A stretch of 63,804 bases of DNA, filler included, from Octopus bimaculoides (lineage: Eukaryota): NCBI RefSeq assembly GCF_001194135.2. It is 5 parts of 5 records of this genome, joined end to end, with 100 filler letters (N's around TTAATTAATTAA, not from the genome) between each part and the next. Parts side by side here need not be neighbours in the genome. Positions count along the whole stretch, not along the records: positions 1 to 4,671 come from NC_068990.1; positions 4,772 to 34,349 come from NC_068984.1; 3 more parts are not named here. One strand, 5' to 3'. The notes beneath the pieces were generated by a model. The model did no database searches and was not told where the DNA came from. It saw only the letters and a list, made by a program, of their open reading frames with translations. How positions within the stretch are numbered: the stretch's first letter is position 1; each line of letters opens with the position of its first letter. Below, piece after piece: positions 1 to 9,999 of this stretch. Position numbers and translations under genes: made by a program.

Positions 1-22
1 ATATACATATATATATATATAC

Positions 23-55
<33 letters not shown>

Positions 56-85
56 CATACATATATATATATATTTATATATATT

Positions 86-122
<37 letters not shown>

Positions 123-155
123 GTATGTATACACACAGACGGAGAGAGAGAGAAC

Positions 156-228
<73 letters not shown>

Positions 229-458
229 GGGTAGGTAGGTGGATGGACGGGTGGACGGGTGGGTGGATGGATGGTTGGATAGATGGATGGATTGATGGAT
301 AGACCTTTTACCTGTAACTTTTATCCCTCTCCTTTAACCGTTTCATGTAATTTTTCCACCCCTTTCTCTGTTTCTCTCCATCTCCTACGCTCCTCTCTCT
401 CTCCCTCTTTCTCACTCCCACTCTCTCTCTCAGTGTCTCTCTTTCATTTTCACTCCCA

Positions 459-541
<83 letters not shown>

Positions 542-600
542 CCCCTCCTCCTTTTTCTCTTCCCACCTTCTCTCCTTGTTTCTCCTCTCCTCTCTAATTT
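1..600. repeat. Compound microsatellites (TA)n, (GATA)n, (GGAT)n, (CT)n
   Basis: Simple repeats read directly; ORF 283-597 is a (CT)n artefact. Confidence 0.95.
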
Positions 601-954
601 CTATCACCATAATTCACGATTCTGACGATTTTTTTCCCTCATAGAGAATTTGCCACCACCACCACCACCACCCCACCTCCTCACACTTCCCTCGTCCAGC
701 AACCCTTAATCCACCCGCAATACAACACAGTTGCCGCTAGCTGCTGCTATAACACCTGGGTAGATTCTTCTCTTCATCATTTGCTGCCGTTTTCGTCTCT
801 TCCTAGCTGACACCCCTTTAATACCCGTTTCTTTTACTCTGCATTCACTCTGTCTATCTACCTACAGCTACCCGCTGAACAGGAAAGGGGTGGAGACCGT
901 ACCGCCTACCACCCACTCACTAGGATGCAATTAATGTTTTCTATTTAAACATGA

Positions 955-2750
955 AAACATCTCGTGGTAGCGATAGGGATGATGATGATGATGATCCTGG
1001 TGGTGGTGGTGGTAGTGGTGGTGTTGGTGGTAGTAGTAGTAGTTGCAGTTATAGTGTTGTTGTTGTTGTTTGCGTAATGGTGTTGGTTGTGATAGCGATG
1101 ACGGTGCAGGCAGTGGCATAGGTAAAGATGTTAGTGTTGTTGATGATATATAATGTTGTTGTTGTTTGTTGTTGTTTTGTTGTTGTTATTGTTGTCGGTG
1201 GTGGTGGTGGTGGTGGTGGTGGAGGGGATGATGGTGATGGTGGTGGTTGTTATTTTGGTAGTGGTTGTAGCGATGATGGTGGTGTTGCTTGTGGTAGTGG
1301 TGTTGCTGGTAGTGGTGATGGTGGTGGTTGTGGTGGTGATGGTGGTGGTAACGGTGGTGATGGTGGTAGTAGTGGTGGTGGTGGTGGTGGTCTTAGTGGT
1401 GGTGGTCTTGGTGGTGGTATTGTTGTTGTTGTTGGTGATGGTGGTGCTGGTAGTGGTTGGGTGGTGGTGGAGATGGTTGGTGGTGTAGCTGCTCGTGGAG
1501 ATGATGGTAATTGTGTGTAGTAGTAGTAGTAGTGGTGGTGGTGGTGGTGGTGGTTTTGGTAGTGGCGGCGATGGTTTGGTTGTGGTGGTAGTGGTGATGT
1601 TGGCGTTGGAATCGATGGCATTGCTTTTGAAGATGGTAATAATGGTAGTGATGGTAATAATGGCGGTGGTGATAATGTTGCTGGTGACGGTGATGGCGTT
1701 GGCTTTGGCGTTGGCTTTGGCGTTGGCGTGAGCACGGCCTATGGTATTTCTGTTGGTATTGGTGTTTGTGTTAATGGTGGTTTTGGTGTTGCTTTTGTTT
1801 GGTGCCGGTGGCGAGGTTAGTTGTAATTATAATAATGATGCTTAGTATAGTTATTGTTGTTGTTTAGCCCTAGGTCAACCCTGTTCAAGCACATATATGA
1901 TCAAAGACACTCCAACCATAGCAATCCCTGTATATAGGGCTATATAGAACCACGTTATTCGATATGTCTTTTCTTTTCTCAAGACAATTAGGGTAAGTTT
2001 TAAGTCAATTTGCCTGATATTTCTAACAAGTTTCAGGTCATCCTTGACTGAGAAAGTCTATGATCTAAGCGTTCCGCCCATGACAGCACCGCCTTATTTT
2101 CATAAAATGCATACAGAACTAACTAGTCATAGTAAATGCGCCCTTCTCATTCTTTTACGGGAAATTGGCTTGTTCTTTCTAGCAATTTGTGCAGCATTGG
2201 GCCTGATGTTGTTAACGATAACGCCTATAGTAGTAGTAGTAGTAGTAGTAGTAGTAGAAGTGCCACTAGTCCTGGTGTTGTTCATGTCGATGTAGTGATG
2301 CTCCTAACTGTACGGTGGTAACCTTGCTGCTGATGTTGGGTCACAAAGCTGTTGTGTTGTGTTGTTTGTTGAAGTTATTGGATAAATGTATTGTTCGTTG
2401 ATGATGTGTTTTTTATTGATATTTTTGTTACGCTGTTGCTGTTGCTGCTGTGTTTGATGTCATTGATATTGTTGTTGTTGTTGTTGTTCTTCTTCTTCTT
2501 CTTTAATGCCCAGTCTTTTATCATGATGGATTGGAAGATTTGGTTAATATTTCTAGTAAGTTGAGCGAATCAATAGAAATTATTGTTGTTGTTATGGTGG
2601 CAGTGGGATGATGGCGGCGGCGGTGATGGTGGATGTGGTGGATGTGGTGGTGGTGGTGGTGGTGGTGGTGGTGTTGGTGGTGGTGTTGGTGGTATTTAGT
2701 GAAGGTGACAGTGTTGTGGTGTGCCGGCTATAATAATTGTTGCTGTTGTT
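955..2750. repeat. Low-complexity trinucleotide tracts (GGT/TGG/TTG/TAG/GAT)
   Basis: Directly visible; poly-V/G/H/P ORFs in several frames are artefacts. Confidence 0.9.
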
Positions 2751-3560
2751 GTTCAGCTCCAGGTCAGCTCTGATCAAGTAGAGCGATTATCAAGATCATA
2801 TCGCCGGCCACGACCAACCTAGACATTTTTGGTGACATCTGGAACTATATTAAATAATAAGCATCCCTCATCCATTTAGGACAGTGAAGTTTGATTAGAG
2901 GGAGATTTGACTGTTATGTTTAGCAGGTCGAGTAACAACGTAGAGGTCATTAATGGTAAATGGTGGTCAGTAAATCATTTTGTGTGTGATCTTACTTGAG
3001 AATTAAAGTACGATAATGATGGTTGGCGAGCTGGCAGAATTGTTAGAACACCGGGAAAAATACTTGGCGGCATTTCGTCCGTCTTTACGTTTTGGGTTCA
3101 AATTCTGCCCGGGTTACTTTGCTTTTTATCCATCTGGAGTCGATAAAATAAGTACCAGTTGAGCACTGGAGTTGATTTAATCGACTTAGCCCCTCTCACG
3201 AAATCGCTGACCTTGTGCCAAAGTTTGAAACCAATTTTATTAAGGTTTATGCAAATGTAGGTATTGTTGTGGGGTGGGTCAGGAGATCGTAATATGAGGG
3301 AAAACTGGCTATTATTTCTAATGATCGAGCGACAGTTTAGCTTCACTGTTGTTACTCTTGCTCGGTCCCAAAGTCAATCATAATCTAGCAGACCCATGAC
3401 CAAAAAGATTCCAAATGTGGCTCTCTAGTCATTTTGTGGTTATTTAAGATTACATTATTTAATGTGCTTTTCCTTTATTAAAACGATATGCAGAGATTTG
3501 ATGAATATTTAGCTGCTTTTTCTAGCATATTAGGCAAGAACATAATGGGTTTCTCAGTGA
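1862..3560 (+). repeat. Three diverged copies of an unclassified interspersed repeat (about 1862-2045, 2748-2945, 3350-3560)
   Basis: Shared pattern (ccc.aggtcaaccctg.tcaagca..c.tatgatcaaaga..ttcca ... gatttg.ctg.tatttctagca), each starting in a (TTG)n tract. Confidence 0.55.
3025..3232 (+). mobile_element. tRNA-derived SINE, family B (GGCGAGCTGGCAGAAT head)
   Basis: A-box-like TGGCAGAATTG, B-box-like GGTTCAAATTC, body GATAAAATAAGTACCAG; related copies at 54528, 54775, 63425. Confidence 0.8.
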
Positions 3561-3703
3561 TGATGGTGTTATAACAACAGTAGTGTTCACTGTAAGGTGA
3601 TGTTATTGTTGTTTTTGTTGTTGTTGTTATTGGTGGTGGTGTGGTGGTGGTCGTGGTGGTAAGTGTTACTGTTAATTACGCAATTGTTACTGCTGAAGTC
3701 TTA

Positions 3704-3734
<31 letters not shown>

Positions 3735-4325
3735 GCAGACAGACAGACAGACAGAGAGTTGACAGTGAGATAGAAAACAATCTTTATAACCTACTTGAAG
3801 ATCACTTTAACGTACTCTCATCAAATAAGAATCTATGGAAAAGACTCATCACAAAACTTCAAAAATAATATAATTTGTGATAAAGAAAGAAAAGATTAAA
3901 TTTTTCGCACACATTTTATAATAGCAATAGGATAAAAAAAAAAAATAACAGCGAGTACATTGTGAAGCAGAGTTAGGATAAGAAAGTTTAATTTATTTTT
4001 AAAAATTTATTTAAAAATTTCTTAAGACAAATTGTGTGCAATACATCTTTAAAATTGCAGAAAGTTTTCATTTCGATATTCCTGAGCTAGGTCTTTTTGT
4101 TGTTGTTGAATCTGGAAGAATTTGCTAATTCCAAAAGGTTGTAACAGATGGTTAAATTTTTCCCCAACACACCGATCACAATTTTCTGGAACCATTGGCG
4201 AAGTGGACGATGACATTATAGCAGATCAATCGAGTATTATAACCCACGTTAAACTCCGTATATATTTAGATACTGGCGCGGTACGAAACATTTATGAGCG
4301 GATTATAAAGTTACTTTCAAATATA

Positions 4326-4670
4326 TATATATATATTGTTGTTGGCACTCCGTTGCTTACGACGTCGAGGGTTCCAGTTGATCCGATCAACGGAACAGCC
4401 TGCTCGTGAAATTAACGTGCAAGTGGCTGAGCACTTCACAGACACGTGTACCCTTAACGTAGTTTTCGGGGATATTCAGCGTGACACAGTGTGACAAGGC
4501 TGGCCCTTTGAATTACAGGCACAACAGAAACAGGAAGAGAGAGTGAGAGAAAGTTGTGGTGGAAGAGTACACCAGGGTTCGCCACCATCCCCTGCCGGTG
4601 CCTCGTGGAGCTTTAGGTGTTTTCGCTCAATAAACACTCACAACGGCCGGTCTGGGAATCGAAACCGCCA
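4326..4670 (-). mobile_element. tRNA-derived SINE, family C (5' end lost in gap)
   Basis: Minus strand begins GCGGTTTCGATTCCCAG (B-box) and ends in a CAACAAT/(TA)n tail. Confidence 0.7.
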
Positions 4671-4715
4671 TNNNNNNNNNNNNNNNNNNNNNNNNNNNNN
4701 NNNNNNNNNNNNNNN

Positions 4716-4727
4716 TTAATTAATTAA
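4716..4727. other. Assembly linker TTAATTAATTAA inside N-gap (also 34394-34405, 46275-46286, 59519-59530)
   Basis: Identical palindromic 12-mer with a stop in all six frames, centred in ~100-N gaps four times; scaffolding artefact. Confidence 0.95.
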
Positions 4728-4934
4728 NNNNNNNNNNNNNNNNNNNNNNNNNNNNNNNNNNNNNNNNNNNNTATATATATATGTATGTTAAATCTCTGAA
4801 CGAGGTATAAACAGTAACTGCACGACAACGTGAAGTATATTTGCCACTTAAATGCGGCTAAACCCTAAGGCTGAATGTTACTGTTGCTTTTAGCCCCAGG
4901 AGAACATCTCCTCCAGCTGGCTATTGGCACACTT

Positions 4935-4972
<38 letters not shown>

Positions 4973-5349
4973 CAAAATTAAGAGGAATGACCACCAAAAG
5001 TGGACTCCTATATGCTAGAAATAGATGCCAAATCACCTAACCACGAAGAGTATGTTCTCTTGAGAACATACTCTTCATGTTTGCTTTTCTTTATCATACA
5101 TGACTTTCATTGCAAAACAGCATTAATGCAGTTGTGTCAGTCATTACAAAAAAAATAAGTACATGATACAAAATGCTTCAAGTAAAATATAGAATCCCTA
5201 ATACCTATTGTGACCTCATTTCATGGACTTTGTTTATTTCTAACTGCCAAATTTGTGTTCAAAAAAATTTATTCATTACCTAAGTTGCTTAATACCATAT
5301 AAACTGCTAACAAAAATGGTAATTTACATTTTATGCATATCAACTTGAA

Positions 5350-5446
5350 ACAACTTCTAATTGCAGGCTAATTCAACTTAAAACCATCTACAGGAGTGCA
5401 CCATTATAATACATTACACTGTCCAAAGGATGGGTGCATTTGCTAG
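5350..5446 (+). mobile_element. Non-autonomous Helitron 3' end
   Basis: Hairpin CTGTCC-AAA-GGATGG followed by CTAG|T; homologous to 40857-40950. Confidence 0.6.
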
Positions 5447-5576
5447 TGTATATATATNNNNNNNNNNNNNNNNNNNNNNNNNNNNNNNNNNNNNNNNNNN
5501 NNNNNNNNNNNNNNNNNNNNNNNNNNNNNNNNNNNNNNNNNNNNNNNNNNNNNNNNNNNNNNNNNNNNNNNNNNNN

Positions 5577-7230
5577 TGGTAGAAAATGCTAAAATAATTT
5601 TATTGTGAAGAACATTTTAGTACTGGTTTCAGTCTTTTCAACTTTTTCAATTTAGAGTAAAGCAAGAAAAATAATTAAATTGTGGAAAAATTAAATGAAA
5701 TGGTTTTTAAAGATATTTCCATAGTCTTCAAATAGGTAGGACATTTTCCTTTTTTCTGTCTCTCTCTTACGGTAGGTAGTAGCAGATCTGAAGAAAAAGT
5801 TACTATGAGGGATGTTGGTTCTGGACTTTGATTGTTTAAGTAAAAGCAGCCAAGGAAAGAGATGGTGAAGAACAAGATGGAGTGGTATTACAGTAGCAGA
5901 CTGTTCGTGGAATCTTCTTTAATGGTCAAGTGACGCATTGTGGTTGTAGCAGTAGTGATTGGAATTGTTCTGAATAAATTCATGGGTAGTGACTGTTCTG
6001 AATATATCGTTTTTAATATTTGTGTGAGTATTCTAAGATCCTTGTGTGGGTATTATTCTAAGATCCCTTGTGTGGGTATTATTCTAAGACCCCTGTATCA
6101 TCTGTGGTGGAAGCATTCAAAAGGGGTTTATATTTTTGATAGAATATGCTAATGTGCTGATTGTCTCTGAATTTATAGAGGAGAAAAATTCTGAAGTTGG
6201 GTTGTTTGTTAGCGGCATAAATGTTGATGTGTTCACTTAATGCTGTTTTTCTGTATTCCTGAATTTTAATCTGGGAACTATGTAGGGTCATCCTTTGGTG
6301 TGGACTGTTTTTGGTTTGGCCTATGTATTGCTCTTGACATCCTGAACAAGTTAACACATATATTAGGTTTTCCAAAGCACATGTAAAGTTGTTTTTCACT
6401 GTAAAACATTGACCCTGTTTGAAGGAGAACTCCAATTCCTCAATTAGGTTGACAAGTGTACTTGGGCTTGTGTTAGAAAACTTTTCATTGACTGAGTTGT
6501 CTTTTGCTCTTTATGATGGTGTGTGTTTGGAGGATTTGATTCATTCTGTGGTCCCTTTTTAATAGAGGAATGTTCTGGAGGATGGTGTTGAAGGCTTCAT
6601 TTTTAAGGGGGTTGGGTGGGCATATGTATGGTAGGGCTTTTGGTTGTAAATCCTTCTTTAGTTCGAGATGTCTGAGTTCATGGATTTTGAGTTGTAAGGC
6701 ATGTTGAAAACCTATATCATTTAGTGATGGTGGGTAGTTCCTGCAGATGAGTGTATCCTTTAGCTCATATAGTTGTGTGTCCCTGGTGCTTGTATCAGTT
6801 ACTATAGTCCAAATCCTTTTTGCCAGGTTGAAGGGGATATTCATTCTAGTGCGTCTGTGGTGGCATGAATTGAACAATAGATATAGCTTGTAGTATATGT
6901 CTGTTTCTATTTTGTTGTTGGATTTCTTAATGAGAATGGACGTTGTTGATGGCTATATTCCATCGTAAATTGAATGTTCATGTCAAGTCCATTTAGAAGT
7001 GCTAGAAATTCTTTAAGTCTTTCTATACTTTCATGCCAAAGAATGAAGCAGTCATCTAGATACCTCTTCCAGTTATTTTCTATGTAGAAGGAGAAGACAA
7101 CTTCTATTGACAAAAATCGGGGACTGCAACGGGTACAAGAATGGCCTCTTCCTTTGCTAACCTATCTTTATCGTTAGGTACTAGAAAAATACGGCAACCA
7201 ATTCTCTCTCTACATTAATTAACTAGAAGC
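5577..7230 (-). mobile_element. Penelope-like element (RT + GIY-YIG endonuclease), frameshifted, 5'-truncated with inversion
   Basis: ORF 6907-7113 WKRYLDDCFILW (PLE RT motif C); ORF 6485-6877 NIPFNLAKRI thumb; ORF 6079-6435 FTCALENLIYVLTCSGCQEQYIGQT (GIY-YIG with Cys motif); plus strand 7111-7170 encodes QKSGTATGTRMASSFANL. Confidence 0.9.
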
Positions 7231-7413
7231 TTATTCATGAGGGGATTTATGTCTTAGGATGGCAGGTACTCCCACAGCCACTGTAATCTATTGGCACTTC
7301 TTCAAGTAATTATCACTTGTTCACAGACAATCATGTGTGAAACAAACTATTCCAGAATAAAATAGAGTTTGAGGTAGAGGTCATATTTTATGAAAGCAAA
7401 TATATTTCTAAAT

Positions 7414-8493
7414 CTCTCAGAGAGATTTATGCAGTAGCAGCACGATAAAGTGATAGCATGTTGTCAACTTAATGTGACAGTCCCATAAAAGGGAAGAATG
7501 CTACTGCTACTTAGCCCTAGGAAACACCATTTCCTGTTGGACTTGACACATTTCCTGTGCCCTTATAAACTTGTGTCTCGTTGGAAAAGGGTTGTGACTT
7601 GTACTTATTTTGATGAGGTACAACCACCACTGACATACTAGAATATACACACACATAAATATATTAATGTGCACATAAAGGCATATTCACACAATACAGG
7701 AAATGAGTGAAGGAGAAGATATTTAGGAATGGGTGTGGATGGACCCAGCTGAAAGACTTGTATAATAACAGTCCTTGAAGAAAGACAAATTCAGACTTTT
7801 TAAAATACTTTAGTCTAGAAGTGGGTGTATTTATGGTCTCAATTACAGTTGCTCTTGAGCAGTTTCAGGAAAAATTGATATAATGATCATATTCAGTGGG
7901 TGGGAATAAAGTGGTTAGTGCAGGCCTTGGTGATAGACACAATACTATCGATGAAAGGTAAATGAATTGAGTGGAATAGTTACAAGGTTGGCTAGCTCTG
8001 AGGAGGAGAGGTCACTGTAGTTGTGATAGATGAAGCAACATGAGGTGACACACTATGATGGTAGACCAGAGGTTGGAGTGAGTTGGCAAATGGATTAATA
8101 GCAATTGATTGGTGGCCAATTTTGTTATGCAGTATAGGATGTCTAAATATAGCAGCAGCACTGTTCCAGATGATAGATCAGTATGCCTAGCAACTGAACA
8201 TTGAAATTTGAAATTCAACCTGGGTTTGTACAAATCAGTGACTTTGCTTGTGAATAAATATCATTATGACTTGAAAGTGTTGAGCTTCAAAAAACAGTAA
8301 AAATGTTGGGCCATCGTATCCTCTCAGAGAGATTTATGCAGTAGCAGCACAATAAAATGATAACATGTTGTCAACTTAATGTGACAGTCCCATAAAAGGG
8401 AAGAATGCTACTGTTATTTAGCCCTAGGAAACACCGTTTCCTGTTGGACTTGACACAGTTCTTGTGTCCTTATAAACTTGTGTTTTGTTGGAA
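7414..8493 (+). repeat. Direct repeat pair of ~173 bp (7414-7586 and 8321-8493); more distant relative at 4776-4935
   Basis: Near-identical blocks CTCTCAGAGAGATTTATGCAGTAGCAGCAC...TTAGCCCTAGGAAACACC...CCTTATAAACTTGTG; probably PLE terminal-repeat type (inference). Confidence 0.75.
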
Positions 8494-9199
8494 CTTAGAA
8501 GCTTCATAGCTGAAGAGACATTACTCTGAAATTGGCTGACAAAGGTCTAGTACATAAGCTTAGAACAAATAAGGTTTCAACAGTTCTGCAAATGTTCATT
8601 CTCTTATCAATGCAAGTTTTTCTTTTGTTACCTTCTTTCTTTTTATTGGTTTGTTGTGGGAGGGAAGAGACAGTCCTCATGGTCTTTGCAGCCCCTCTGA
8701 GACTGATGAGATTGATGTTGACAATGTTCTGCTTAAGATGATGATTGGAATGGGTGCAGAGTGGGAGTTCCTGAGGGATGAGGTTCTAGGAAGAAGTCAG
8801 TGTAGTGGTTAGTCAGAGTCTAGTCAGGAGAGCAAGGATTGGATAAACACAATACAAATGACAAAAGGAAGAGAAATATGTGAGTCGGGAGTACCTCAGC
8901 AAAGGTGACATGTGCTGTTGATGTTTTCTCTGATCTCTTCCACACTCTATTAACTCTGGTATGTTCTTGGGTTTGATTTTATCTCCAAAATTCTTCTTCC
9001 AATGCATCAAACAATCTACTTGCTATTAACTTTATTAATACTTACTTCTATGCAGAAAATGCCACCTTTTATTGCTCTTTAACTTTCTGCTTCTAAACAT
9101 CATCCAAACATGGTCTTGATCTTGCTATGTCAAAGATGTGTGTTAGGAGAAATCTCTCGTGATAGTGAAGCAGAACTTTTGTAATAATCACAAGAATTA

Positions 9200-9650
9200 C
9201 TCTAGTTACCCGCTGTTCATGTTTAGAGTGGATGTGTTAATGTTTTCTTGATGTGTCTTTTTACTGATGGAGACAAAAGTGGCATAGTATCATTCAGGGA
9301 TGTTTTCAAGATCATTGTTCATGGAGTCAGTGCAGATTTAGTGTTTTCTATATTACATAGTGGATGATGTTTTAGGTGTAGACGGGTAAGAAGGAATAAA
9401 GGATGGCATTTTCTGCATAGAAGTATTATTGAAGGTGATGGTAAGTAGGTTGTCAATATACTGGAGAAAGAGTATTGGGGATAAAACCAAATCCTAGGGC
9501 ACACCAGAATTGGCAGAATGAGGAGAGTGATCAGAGAAAGGTTCAATAGCACAAACCTCAATAATACACCCCTCTGGAGTGTAGTGTAAGAGGGTAACAG
9601 GAGGGACATTATCAGGTTTGAAGTGATTAAAGTGCTTTCATACTTGGTAT
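9200..9650 (-). pseudogene. Decayed LINE RT fragment (CR1/Jockey-like)
   Basis: Minus strand gives GVP*DLVLSPILF..YIDNLL and YAENA, degenerate GVPQGSVL.P.LF..YIND and YADD. Confidence 0.6.
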
Positions 9651-9999
9651 ATATTCATGGTGGCAAGATTGGTACAGTGGAAAGGGATAGTTTTGGAGGA
9701 GGTTTATTGAGTGTGTGCAGTGTGGAATTGGCTGCAAAGTGTCAATGATGTTACAGCAGGAAGGAGAGAAGCCTGCACTTGGCTGATATTCATCACAGTA
9801 GAATAGACAAGAGCAACATAAAATAACATGCTTTGACATGTGTTGTCCTACATAACCTTAAAAGTTGAGACTATCATAGCTGAAATAACTTCATTCATAG
9901 TTTGTGTGATGAAAGTTGACCTAAAGCTAAACAACAAAGTATAATAAAATTTTAACACATATACATGCATACATACATCACCACCATCACCATCATCAT

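Noticed and set aside
283-2777. Long Gly/Val/His/Pro-rich ORFs
   Set aside because: They are translations of trinucleotide and dinucleotide repeats open in several frames.
4716-4727. TTAATTAATTAA motif recurring four times
   Set aside because: Always embedded in N-runs; a six-frame-stop scaffolding linker, not biology.
6022-6092. Short ~26-bp tandem repeats resembling a mini array
   Set aside because: No unique spacers; a slippage duplication at the Penelope ORF end, not CRISPR.
8510-8560. Functional hammerhead ribozyme
   Set aside because: Core CUGAAGA and GAAA are present but stems I-III do not pair convincingly; kept only as a degenerate hint.
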